From IMG/VR virus record IMGVR_UViG_3300038300_000071, positions 96,001 to 160,000 of that record: a stretch of 64,000 nt of DNA; one strand, written 5' to 3'. Positions 1-9,118 of this stretch are shown here, piece by piece. The notes below the pieces were generated by a model. It was not told where the DNA came from, made no database searches, and saw only the letters and a program-made list of their open reading frames with translations. The position numbers and the translations under genes were made by a program. This DNA is from a virus. Lineage: Duplodnaviria; Caudoviricetes. The stretch's first letter is position 1; each line of letters opens with the position of its first letter.

Positions 1-2
1 GG

Positions 3-110
3 AAGGAGAGAATTTCTACAGATGGAAAGAATGGACTTGAGTCTAGTTTGTTTGGAAAGAAGAAAAGTGGTTATTTGAAAAGTATTCTAAATGCGGTTTT
101 GAAAAGGTAA
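3..110 (+). CDS. 3' end of upstream hypothetical protein (partial)
   Basis: Frame 3 open from the window start to TAA at 108-110, 3 nt before the next ATG. Confidence 0.5.
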   Translation, partial: KERISTDGKNGLESSLFGKKKSGYLKSILNAVLKR

Positions 111-113
111 ATT

Positions 114-746
114 ATGGAAGGGAAGTGGGTCTGCATTTTATTAAATCATCAATATTCTAAGAAAGAAAGTTTGGATATTGTAAGAAAAGAGATGGACAAA
201 GTTTTTGGCAAGGACAACTTGGGAGTCGAGATAGCCAAAAGTGGTACGTGTGATACAGAGGGTTTCGGCTATTATGCATTCGTTAATTGCTTAAACTATG
301 ATGATCATGTATCTGGGCTTAGAAGGAGTAGAGTTATCTATGATGTATTGCCTTCATACAAGAGCCCTCACTTTCTTTCGGAGGAGGAGGTATTGTCCTT
401 TAAGGACTCGGCTGAAAATGAAGGAAGGCCAAAGGAGCTGTTCTATGGGGATTTGGTTAAAATTGAAGATGGGTATTTAAAGAATTTGTATGGTATTGTG
501 AAATATAAAAATGATGATGGTAGTTATAAAGTTTTTTTTAAATTGTATACAATGAAATTTGATGAAGATTTATCACCCAGAGTGTTGGGTTTGCAGAGAA
601 ATATATTTGACAAAGTAAGGGTTCCAGTAGTAGAGTATCATGACAACGTAGTTGAAATTATGAATATCTGCTCAAGGGAAACCATAGATGATAAGATGTA
701 TAGGCCAGAATATAGAGAACATGGCTCAAAGGGGTTCGAATCCTGA
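114..746 (+). CDS. NusG/RfaH/LoaP-family transcription elongation (antitermination) factor, NGN + KOW
   Basis: N-terminal KWVC, GYYAFV and PHFLSEEEV (NGN); FYGDLVKIEDGYLKNLYGIV (KOW). Confidence 0.8.
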   Translation: MEGKWVCILLNHQYSKKESLDIVRKEMDKVFGKDNLGVEIAKSGTCDTEGFGYYAFVNCLNYDDHVSGLRRSRVIYDVLPSYKSPHFLSEEEVLSFKDSAENEGRPKELFYGDLVKIEDGYLKNLYGIVKYKNDDGSYKVFFKLYTMKFDEDLSPRVLGLQRNIFDKVRVPVVEYHDNVVEIMNICSRETIDDKMYRPEYREHGSKGFES

Positions 747-1269
747 AAGGGTTAAAATACCAATGTTCACTGTTGAACAGGTGAAGCACTTCAAACCAAT
801 ATTAAAGTTCTTAAATGAAAAAGACAGAGATATTTTATATTTAATCTTTGTTGCAAATAAAAAACAAAAGTCAGTGCAGAAGATATTAGACAGAAGTCAG
901 CCTTCTTTGTGCTATGATATTAGGCGCATTAGGAGAAGGCTGAAATTTATATTTTACCTAACATCTGTTTCAGATGTATTTTTAAACTTCATAAAGAATG
1001 ATTCTGGCCAGTATGATTCCGAGGCAATAGAAGTTTTAACATTGATGTTTTACACAACGTCATTCACTCAAGTGGCAAAAGTATCTAATAAGAGACAAAT
1101 AAGGATTAGATATATATATGATAAGATGGTCTGCAGACTTGCAAAAGAAAAAAATTGGCCTCTTTTTGAAATATTCCAAGCCATTAGAGAAAATCTCAAT
1201 ATAGTTAAGCGCGTTTATAAAGATAGTTATGATGGTTACGGCTCATATGATATATTTGTACCCGCTTGA
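721..1269 (+). CDS. Tandem sigma70 region-4-like HTH protein (late regulator candidate)
   Basis: LNEKDRDILYLIF..KKQKSVQKILDRSQPSLCYDIRRIRRRL and a second EAIEVLTLMF..SFTQVAKV..IRIRYIY; ATG 721 preferred over 688 to reduce overlap. Confidence 0.6.
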   Translation: MAQRGSNPERVKIPMFTVEQVKHFKPILKFLNEKDRDILYLIFVANKKQKSVQKILDRSQPSLCYDIRRIRRRLKFIFYLTSVSDVFLNFIKNDSGQYDSEAIEVLTLMFYTTSFTQVAKVSNKRQIRIRYIYDKMVCRLAKEKNWPLFEIFQAIRENLNIVKRVYKDSYDGYGSYDIFVPA

Positions 1270-1314
1270 TTAATATTTTTTTTAATTTCTTATATTAAGA
1301 AGGAGGTACAAACC

Positions 1315-1572
1315 ATGGAAAATGTATTTGAAAATTTTTATTGGCATAGCGCAATAGGAATGGATGAAGAATTGAATGTAAGTAAAAACTTTGCTGTTAA
1401 GATGGCAAATACTGATGAAAACATCGGAAATTTCATTAAGGCTGGTGATAGTTTATTAATACATAAAACTACACAAGCCTTATGGAAGATAACTGATGAC
1501 AAGGATTCAATAGAGCCTGTATTTGGTTCTGACATCTTAACGGAAGACGAAATAAATAACTGGCAGGGATAA
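1315..1572 (+). CDS. Hypothetical protein
   Basis: Strong SD AAGGAGG; 85-aa ORF. Confidence 0.75.
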   Translation: MENVFENFYWHSAIGMDEELNVSKNFAVKMANTDENIGNFIKAGDSLLIHKTTQALWKITDDKDSIEPVFGSDILTEDEINNWQG

Positions 1573-1576
1573 GAGA

Positions 1577-2599
1577 ATGGAACTTAATGATTTGTTTGGG
1601 TCTGAACCAATTCAAGATGTAAGTCTTGTAGACGAAAGTGTACTGAGTGCAGGGGAGATTTCCAGCGAGGATATGTCTCTTGATGCTGGTAGCTTGGGTG
1701 GTTTTGAATTTGGAAGTGGAATAGAAGAAAGAGAATCTAGTTTAGAGAAGTCCGAGGTGTCTATTGTGAAGTTTGCCCACGAGCAAATGTTGCAAGGGAA
1801 AATGGGGTCTGAGCTTGTTGGTAGTATTAAGTCAAAATATGGATCGGATACCTTGGCTGTTGCTAAGGATCAGCTGTTGGCGCTTTCCAAACAGGAAGGG
1901 ATTGTTGGTACGATTGTTGTAGATGCGAGTGAGTTTGAATCTTGTAAAGAGGCAATCGCTCACACTAAGAATTCTCCATATAAGAATAGTTTAAAATTTA
2001 TCAAGGGTTGCAAATGTGATCATCATGAAGTTGATGATTACGACAATAGTGATTATCTAAACACAAACTATGAAGCTAATTTTGACAATGCTATAGACAA
2101 CTACTTCGATGACGTTAACTATGAGGCAAAAACTATTAGAGTTTGTAAATCTACAGGATTGAAGGTGTTCGCGGGATATGGAGATTTGGACAGTGAAGAT
2201 CTTGCAGACGGATTTACCGAAGGAATAAATATTGATGATGGCGACAGAGAGAATATGCCAAAGCCAGAAAGAAAGGATAAAGAGTCCTCTCTTCAGTTTG
2301 TTCAAAGATGTTTTAAAGAGTCGGCAATGAGCAAGACAAGATCTCTTCAAGTTGCAATTCCTCCAGAGGATGTTGCAAAGCATACGGTAGAGCAGGGCGA
2401 ACTGCACGTTGAGATAGTTGAGGAAAAGGAGGCTGGTGAGGAAGTGATTGTAGATCCTGTAAATCACGCAGCGGATCAAGAAATTGAATTATTTTCTTCT
2501 CTGAGTGAGTTTGATGATGTTAGCACAGATGCGGGTGAAATCGTGTTAGGGTTGGACAGTCCTTTTAGTTCTATTGACATCGAAGAACAGGCTAAGTAA
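1577..2599 (+). CDS. Acidic hypothetical protein with Cys motifs
   Basis: 340-aa ORF in operon; CKEA, CKCDHH and VCKST motifs. Confidence 0.75.
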   Translation: MELNDLFGSEPIQDVSLVDESVLSAGEISSEDMSLDAGSLGGFEFGSGIEERESSLEKSEVSIVKFAHEQMLQGKMGSELVGSIKSKYGSDTLAVAKDQLLALSKQEGIVGTIVVDASEFESCKEAIAHTKNSPYKNSLKFIKGCKCDHHEVDDYDNSDYLNTNYEANFDNAIDNYFDDVNYEAKTIRVCKSTGLKVFAGYGDLDSEDLADGFTEGINIDDGDRENMPKPERKDKESSLQFVQRCFKESAMSKTRSLQVAIPPEDVAKHTVEQGELHVEIVEEKEAGEEVIVDPVNHAADQEIELFSSLSEFDDVSTDAGEIVLGLDSPFSSIDIEEQAK

Positions 2600-2607
2600 G
2601 AGTTATT

Positions 2608-3219
2608 ATGGCTAAAAAGAATTTGGATGAATTTGAAAAAGCGGATAAGGAGCGTGGAGATTTTTTGCCAGCTCCTTCTCCTGCAGGGATGGTTATTGCT
2701 CCAGCGATTGACGAAGGTGAAAGTTTACCATCGGCTCCAAAAAACATGCTGGAAGTTAGAGATAATCTAGTGAAAGAGTATCACAAAGGAAGCTCTTCTC
2801 TTGCGGAGAAGTTAGAGAATGAGGGAAAAAACAACCTTGAGGGGTTGATCATGTCATTGGTTGATGAAGTTATCAAAGAGACTGATAGCTTGCTGGCAAA
2901 TGAGCTCGTTTCAATATCTCAAGGAGACCTGAGAGATGCTTCAATTATTTCCTACAAAAGATCCGAAGTTCTGGAAAAAGCGATTAAAGCGGTTCAGGCA
3001 AAGCAAGTATTTGAAAAGGAGAATGGAGTAGATGTTAATTCTCCATCGATGTTGGTTGTGTTTAAATACTTCATGGGGAAGGTAAAAAATGTCTTTGGAG
3101 AGATGAACGCTGATGACGAGTTGTCCGATACATTTTTTAGAAACCTAGCTTCTAATTTATCCGAATGGAAGAAAGAGCTTGGAAGCGAACTAAATGATTT
3201 AGATAAACTAGACGGGTAA
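2608..3219 (+). CDS. Putative terminase small subunit
   Basis: Helical 203-aa ORF ending 2 nt before TerL; positional inference only. Confidence 0.45.
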   Translation: MAKKNLDEFEKADKERGDFLPAPSPAGMVIAPAIDEGESLPSAPKNMLEVRDNLVKEYHKGSSSLAEKLENEGKNNLEGLIMSLVDEVIKETDSLLANELVSISQGDLRDASIISYKRSEVLEKAIKAVQAKQVFEKENGVDVNSPSMLVVFKYFMGKVKNVFGEMNADDELSDTFFRNLASNLSEWKKELGSELNDLDKLDG

Positions 3220-3221
3220 AA

Positions 3222-5060
3222 ATGTCCAATGATCCTTTAATAAATTTAGCAGAGTCTTTTTTATCTGGTAATAATGAAAGCGTAGTTGACATTATAACTT
3301 TTGTTGAGGCTCCTTGGGGTCTCAATTTTAAGTTATTCCCAGCTCAAAAGTTTATGCTTAAGTGTTATTATGGATTGCCTCTGGATGGTAGGATTAAAAA
3401 CATTGAAGTTCCAGATGTTGTAAATGATAGAATATTATTTACATTCACTGAGGTGGAATTCTTACAGTGGCTGTATGAAGAGGGAAGGTGCAATACAAAC
3501 ATAGTTGAAGGAAAGATTTTCCGAGAGCTTATATTGGTAATTGGGCGTAGATCTGGAAAATCAACGATTGCCTCATGTATTTCTAATTATGAAATGTATA
3601 AGCTGATAAAGCGTGGTGATCCTTCAGCATACTACAGTTTTCCTCCAGACTCTCAAGTTGCCATATTGAATGTGGCTCCAACAGACCCGCAAGCTGGTGT
3701 TGTTTTTGGAATGATTAGAGGTATGACGTCTAGATGTAATTACCTTCAGAATCGTGTTTTAAATTCAACTCAGAATTATTTCAATATTTCTACAGATACT
3801 GATTTAAAGTCAGTTGGCAAGAAGAAAGCTTCAATAATATCAATGGCTGGCGGTTGTTCTTCAAACTCTCTTCGTGGACGTAATAGTATCGTCGTAATTA
3901 TGGATGAATTTGCATTCTTTATTGACAATGGCGGACGTTTTGCAGGAAGTGAGGTTTATAAAGCTCTCACGCCATCCACGGCTTCATTTAAGCGTGACGG
4001 CAAGGTTATTGTTATATCATCGCCGTATGCGAAGTATGGAGCCTTCTGGGATAGATATAATGAGTCGTTTGATGAGGAAGAAAGTACTCTTATGTTTAAG
4101 ATGTATACTCCAATGGTAAATCCGACAATTGATAAGTCTATATTAAAGGCTGAGAGGAAGAGAGATAAGATTGGGTTTATCGGGGAATATGGGGCGGAGT
4201 TTTCAGACTCTGTTGTAGCTTGGATAGATGATGAAGATGTCTTCAAGTCTTGCATTCCGAGTACGAAAGTGATAAATGCCAAGGGTAGAGAAGATGTGGT
4301 TTACAATAAAGTAGGGCCTGAAAGAGGAGTTACTGGGGTAAGATATTATGCTGGTATCGATTTGGGCTTAAAAAATGATGGAACTGCAATTTCAATTGTT
4401 CACAGGGAAGGAAAGAAAATAATTTTAGATTACGCTAAAGTTTGGTATTCTGGATCTTCTGATGTTTGGGATTTTCAAAACAGTATATATAAAGATTGTG
4501 GCGAGTTTAAAGATGATGAATATTTAAAGATAAGAGACATAATAAAAGAAATAAAAGAGATAAATAAGCTTTTCCCAGTCTATCAAGGTTTTTTTGACCA
4601 GCATAATGGCGCAGCTTTGATGGAAATGTTACATGAAGATGGATTAACTCAGTTTGAGATGGAGCATGTTTCAGATACAAGCGCAAGTAAAATATATAAT
4701 TTGGCAAAAACTCTCTATCAGGATCAGTTGTTGGAGCTGTTCTATGATCCAGTGTTAATTCCAGAGCTTTTATCTTTAGAGGCTGAAAAGAGATCTAAAC
4801 AGAAGATTATTGTCAGAGGACAAACTAAGAAAGGCGCACACGATGATGTTAGCGATGCCTATATAAGGGCCGTGTGGGCTTGCTATCAAGATTCCAAGGA
4901 TAAGAGTGCGAATGTTGCAACTAATAGATTTGGAGTGGTTCGCAAGCCATCTGTGGGTGCAAAGGGAGCATCTGTAAATACTTTTGCTCTTAATAAAGAA
5001 AAAGCCCATGGAGCACATCCAAGGCTTGGAAGTGTTAGATCGAGAAAGGGAAGAAGATGA
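3222..5060 (+). CDS. terL: Terminase large subunit
   Basis: Walker A GRRSGKS, Walker B IVVIMDE, coupling motif ISSP, RNase H-like GIDLG, FDQ and HDDVSDA. Confidence 0.93.
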   Translation: MSNDPLINLAESFLSGNNESVVDIITFVEAPWGLNFKLFPAQKFMLKCYYGLPLDGRIKNIEVPDVVNDRILFTFTEVEFLQWLYEEGRCNTNIVEGKIFRELILVIGRRSGKSTIASCISNYEMYKLIKRGDPSAYYSFPPDSQVAILNVAPTDPQAGVVFGMIRGMTSRCNYLQNRVLNSTQNYFNISTDTDLKSVGKKKASIISMAGGCSSNSLRGRNSIVVIMDEFAFFIDNGGRFAGSEVYKALTPSTASFKRDGKVIVISSPYAKYGAFWDRYNESFDEEESTLMFKMYTPMVNPTIDKSILKAERKRDKIGFIGEYGAEFSDSVVAWIDDEDVFKSCIPSTKVINAKGREDVVYNKVGPERGVTGVRYYAGIDLGLKNDGTAISIVHREGKKIILDYAKVWYSGSSDVWDFQNSIYKDCGEFKDDEYLKIRDIIKEIKEINKLFPVYQGFFDQHNGAALMEMLHEDGLTQFEMEHVSDTSASKIYNLAKTLYQDQLLELFYDPVLIPELLSLEAEKRSKQKIIVRGQTKKGAHDDVSDAYIRAVWACYQDSKDKSANVATNRFGVVRKPSVGAKGASVNTFALNKEKAHGAHPRLGSVRSRKGRR

Positions 5061-6625
5061 AAAAGAAAAATTCAAAAGGGCCAATGACCAAAGAAGAAAG
5101 GAAGAGAAGGACTAAAAAGATTAAATCCGTTAGGCATTTGGCTCAAAACATACATAAGCTTAGAAGTGCGGTAAGAACGGATTTAAGATCTGACGATGAG
5201 AAGAAAAGACTTACTGCTTTGGCTGTTGCTTTGATGGATAAGACGGCAGAGCGCGTTGGAAATGAAGCGTCTGCAAGAGATAATGGTCATTTCGGAGTAA
5301 CTGGATTTAGAAATAATCATATTGAGGTCAACGGCAATAATGTAAAAATAGACTATGTCGGAAAGTCAGGAGTTAAGCAGAGTAAATCTTTCAGTGATAA
5401 AGCGATTGCTGATGCTGTAAAGAAATGCAAGGGAAATTGCAAGAGCGGGAATGACAATGTTCTGACAACATCGGATGGATTTAGAGTAAGGGCAGACAGA
5501 GTTAATAGATATTTAGAGAGATTTGATATTACTGCAAAAGATATCAGAGGATATTCTGCAAATAAGATGATGCATGATTATCTTACCAAAGTAAAGAAGC
5601 CTAGTACTCCAGAAGAAAGAAAAAAAGTTTTTTTAGAGGGTTTGGCAAAAGTATCAGAAAGAGTAGGACATGGGAAGAATACCCTTAGATTGCATTATTT
5701 GTTGCCGAAAATAGAAAAATCATACATAAACAGTGGTAAAGTTATGAATATAAAGAAAGCCTATGATGAAAGGCAAAATGCAGAGGTTCAGAATATACTG
5801 GAAGATGTATATCCAGAAACGGCTCAGACTTTATTGCTAAAAAATGCAATGGACTACTGGGATACGACGAGGAATTATCCGAATGGGGATTGGAAGGGAG
5901 CGGAGAAATTTTATTTTTGGTTGGCTGTAATGAATGATACGGCGGCATTGGAAATTTCACATAAGGATAGTTACCCTTCATCTCTGCAAGATTCGAATGG
6001 AAGTGCTTGGAGAGTTTTAGTTCCGCATGAAGATGCGGACAGAAAAGCAATTGTTTTAGATATAAATAGCATCAAGCATGATGGCGTTAGTACTTTAGGG
6101 ACTCAAATATACTCAACAAATGATATTGACTTGTCTGAGTTGAATTGGATTAGTAGCGGAGACCATTGGACAAGATCTATACTGTGGCTTATAGAAGAAG
6201 CTAAAATGCTATCGGAAAACGGGGAAGATTTGTCAAAAGTTATTAATGGGTATAATCTAAGGTTAGAAATAGTTAGCTTAATGCATACTATTAGATTGGA
6301 GTTGACGGTTGAGATGAAAGAGATTTATAAAGCTATGACGGGAGTTGAGTTGACGCTGCCCAATGTAACGATAGCTTTGAATGATTGGAATTTTACTCCA
6401 GAGTCGGTTGCATCATTGATGTATCCTTCTGGGTGTCTGAAGTGGGCAGTCGTAACGGTATCTCCAAAGGCGTTTAAGCATGGAATGGAATATGTTAGAT
6501 ATGTTATAATGCACGAATTAATTCATTTGGCAGTAGGCGAAGGCGATAAAGATGGCCATGGGCACGGTGCTAAATTTAATATGTTAGCAGAGTCTATGGG
6601 TCTTCCTAAACAATTTAGAGATTAA
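5057..6625 (+). CDS. Type IB topoisomerase catalytic core fused to a C-terminal SprT/YgjP/WLM-like zinc metalloprotease
   Basis: ERVGNE, GKSG, TAKDIRGYSAN and GHGKNTLRLHY (R,K,R,H,Y pentad, H-to-Y spacing 9 as in poxvirus TopIB); C-terminal IMHELIH...HGHGAKF. Confidence 0.85.
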   Translation: MKKKNSKGPMTKEERKRRTKKIKSVRHLAQNIHKLRSAVRTDLRSDDEKKRLTALAVALMDKTAERVGNEASARDNGHFGVTGFRNNHIEVNGNNVKIDYVGKSGVKQSKSFSDKAIADAVKKCKGNCKSGNDNVLTTSDGFRVRADRVNRYLERFDITAKDIRGYSANKMMHDYLTKVKKPSTPEERKKVFLEGLAKVSERVGHGKNTLRLHYLLPKIEKSYINSGKVMNIKKAYDERQNAEVQNILEDVYPETAQTLLLKNAMDYWDTTRNYPNGDWKGAEKFYFWLAVMNDTAALEISHKDSYPSSLQDSNGSAWRVLVPHEDADRKAIVLDINSIKHDGVSTLGTQIYSTNDIDLSELNWISSGDHWTRSILWLIEEAKMLSENGEDLSKVINGYNLRLEIVSLMHTIRLELTVEMKEIYKAMTGVELTLPNVTIALNDWNFTPESVASLMYPSGCLKWAVVTVSPKAFKHGMEYVRYVIMHELIHLAVGEGDKDGHGHGAKFNMLAESMGLPKQFRD

Positions 6626-6638
6626 GCAGAGGTCAATT

Positions 6639-7157
6639 ATGGAAGAAGAAGGTTATAAAAAGCTGATAAACGGTAACGTAATTAACAGCTTAAAGAATTT
6701 AGAGGATAAGTTAGAAAAGAATGATCCTAGTTATTCTGATGAGTTGGCAGCTTTGCCTTCTGGACATCCATTGAGGACTGCTATAGAAGATGCCAAGCAG
6801 AGAAGAGAAGAGCGTTTAAGCAGAGAAGAATCTGTAAAGAAGACATCTGCTAGGATTAGAGAGAATAGAATGGCGAAAAAGGTCAAAAGCGCAGAGAAGA
6901 GAAAAGAAAGAGATACAATAACTCAGGATGAAGTTGATCAAGGAAGAAGCGCAGTAGACGATTTAAATGAAAAAATAGAATCTTTAAGGATGGCATCAGC
7001 CGATCTTTTAAGGGCAATACCTAAAATAAAGGATGACTTGCAAAAGTTTCCAGATGAAATGACAAAACTTTCAAGACTGGAAAGAATAGTAGGGTCAATA
7101 CATAAAGGCATGAGTGAAACAAATTTTAATAAAATTAGAATTACAGGGGAAGAATAA
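6639..7157 (+). CDS. Coiled-coil hypothetical protein
   Basis: 172-aa charged helical ORF coupled to the portal start (TAATG). Confidence 0.7.
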   Translation: MEEEGYKKLINGNVINSLKNLEDKLEKNDPSYSDELAALPSGHPLRTAIEDAKQRREERLSREESVKKTSARIRENRMAKKVKSAEKRKERDTITQDEVDQGRSAVDDLNEKIESLRMASADLLRAIPKIKDDLQKFPDEMTKLSRLERIVGSIHKGMSETNFNKIRITGEE

Positions 7158-9118
7158 TGTCAGACGACAAAATAAAGAGAAGACCTATAACTGCCTCTGA
7201 TATTGGCGTTCCTATACCCGGTGATCCAAACTATACAAGCCACAAGGGCGGAATAGCAAGGCCAGCGGTAACTAGTGGTCAAGCAGATCCAGTAAAGGGA
7301 GCTCAGGCAAGAAAAGTCAACAAGTCTCTTACAGCTGGCGGTGGGGTAAAGACTGCCGGAATGATGATTGATAATGTTCCTAATATGAATACAAGCTATA
7401 GCACAAGATACTTGGACGCTTATAGAACTTCTTATGCTTCTGGTGGTGATGACAGGGGTGGAACTTATGATGTTCCAACATACTTTGTTGAAATGAATGA
7501 TAAGAATGGCGGCGTTATATATTGGCCAACAACATTAAGAGAGAAATACTCTTGGTATAGATATTTTTACAGAACTGATGCATATGTTGGCAGAGCTTTA
7601 GATTTATTGACAGACTTGCCTATGTCTAAGTTGACCTTAAATATGCCGAAAGCAAAGGGAATGACAAAGAAGCAAAAAGAAGAGATTAATAATTTCTACG
7701 ATCATATGATGGAGAGATTAGGACTTTTTGACGTTTTGAGGTCATCGTTGTTTGAAGTAAATTGTATAGGAAACTCTTTTTTGTTTCATGAGTGGGATGA
7801 TAAAATGAAGATGTGGTCGAGCATTCAAATGCTACCTCCTGAGGAAGTTTCAGTTTTCCAGTTTCCATTTTCAGATAAGAAGCGCATAGAGTATAGGCCT
7901 GAAAGATTGATAGGGTTGATTAAGCAGCACGATAGTGACAATGGCGAAGAAGGGGGTTTTAACTATTCTGACAGTAGTTCTGACAGCTCTTTGTCAAGTG
8001 ACATTGTTGACTTGATTCCAGAAGACATAAAGAATATGATAAACGAAAGCGGAGCAATTATGATGGATTCAGATCCTATGAGTGGATCTTTCACCTATCA
8101 CATGACAAGAAAAAGAGCTCCTTATTTAGAGCTTGGCGCTTCGCTTTTAGAAAGAATTTTAGTTCCTTTACTTCAGAAGGAAAACTATAGATATACTCAG
8201 TTGAGTTTAGCAAATAGAAATATGACGCCTAAAAATTTAATAGTTGCTCCAAACCTAACAGGTGAAGAGTTGGAAGATTTGCGTTTGCAGGTTGACTTAT
8301 CATATTTAGATCCTGACTATTCAATCATTACAAACTATGAGGTTGATTGGAGTCAAATAGGCGCAGATCAGAGGTTGCTTGATTTGAGTAAAGAATACGA
8401 AACTATTGATAATCAAATTTTTTCCGCACTTGGAGTTACAAGAGAGTTGTTGACTGGTGAGGGAGCTTTTGGCGGAAACAAGATAACAGTTGAAATTTTA
8501 AATACAATGTTCTTACATTCTAGACAAATGTTGATTGACTACGTAGAACAGCAGTTGTTTAAGCCAGTGGCAGAGGCTAATGGTTGGTATTCAACGGATT
8601 CAAATGGCATTAAGAATTATTGGTATCCAAGAGTTGGATTTAACAGATTGACTATTCGTGACAACTCTGAAGTGTTTGACTCGTTGTTCCAGTTGTATCA
8701 GAAGGGTAGCCTTCCTGTGGATGTTATTTATGAATTATTTAACTTGGATGCTGATTCATTGAGTGAAAAGCTTGAAGAGCAGTTGTTTACGGTTAAGGAT
8801 GCTACATTCAACAGATTGCTTGAAGAGGCTAATTTAGAAGTGGGAAGAAATCTAATAGATAGGTCAAATATAGTAGAGAAGGTGACAAAATATTTAAATT
8901 TAGATTACAAAGAACCGGATGAAGGTGGAGATGTTGAAGGCGGGGAAGATGGCTTTGGCGGTGGCTTTGAAGATGAAGCAGAGGGGCCACAAGCCCTTCC
9001 TGATGATATTGTAGATGGAGTGGCAGACATATCCATAGATGAAGGTAATTTAGGGCCAGACTCAACAGATCAGGAAATTGAAGAGGCCGTACAAGAAGGG
9101 ATTAACAAGACATCATGA
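7157..9118 (+). CDS. Portal protein
   Basis: YRYFYRTDAYVGRALDLLTDLPMS, IFSALGVTRELLTGEG and LFKPVAEANG; size and position downstream of TerL. Confidence 0.85.
   Translation: MSDDKIKRRPITASDIGVPIPGDPNYTSHKGGIARPAVTSGQADPVKGAQARKVNKSLTAGGGVKTAGMMIDNVPNMNTSYSTRYLDAYRTSYASGGDDRGGTYDVPTYFVEMNDKNGGVIYWPTTLREKYSWYRYFYRTDAYVGRALDLLTDLPMSKLTLNMPKAKGMTKKQKEEINNFYDHMMERLGLFDVLRSSLFEVNCIGNSFLFHEWDDKMKMWSSIQMLPPEEVSVFQFPFSDKKRIEYRPERLIGLIKQHDSDNGEEGGFNYSDSSSDSSLSSDIVDLIPEDIKNMINESGAIMMDSDPMSGSFTYHMTRKRAPYLELGASLLERILVPLLQKENYRYTQLSLANRNMTPKNLIVAPNLTGEELEDLRLQVDLSYLDPDYSIITNYEVDWSQIGADQRLLDLSKEYETIDNQIFSALGVTRELLTGEGAFGGNKITVEILNTMFLHSRQMLIDYVEQQLFKPVAEANGWYSTDSNGIKNYWYPRVGFNRLTIRDNSEVFDSLFQLYQKGSLPVDVIYELFNLDADSLSEKLEEQLFTVKDATFNRLLEEANLEVGRNLIDRSNIVEKVTKYLNLDYKEPDEGGDVEGGEDGFGGGFEDEAEGPQALPDDIVDGVADISIDEGNLGPDSTDQEIEEAVQEGINKTS

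Noticed and set aside
730-746. GGTTCGAATCC, a tRNA T-loop/attP-like string
   Set aside because: The T-stem does not close beyond 3 bp, there is no cloverleaf, it lies in two overlapping reading frames, and no integrase is in the window
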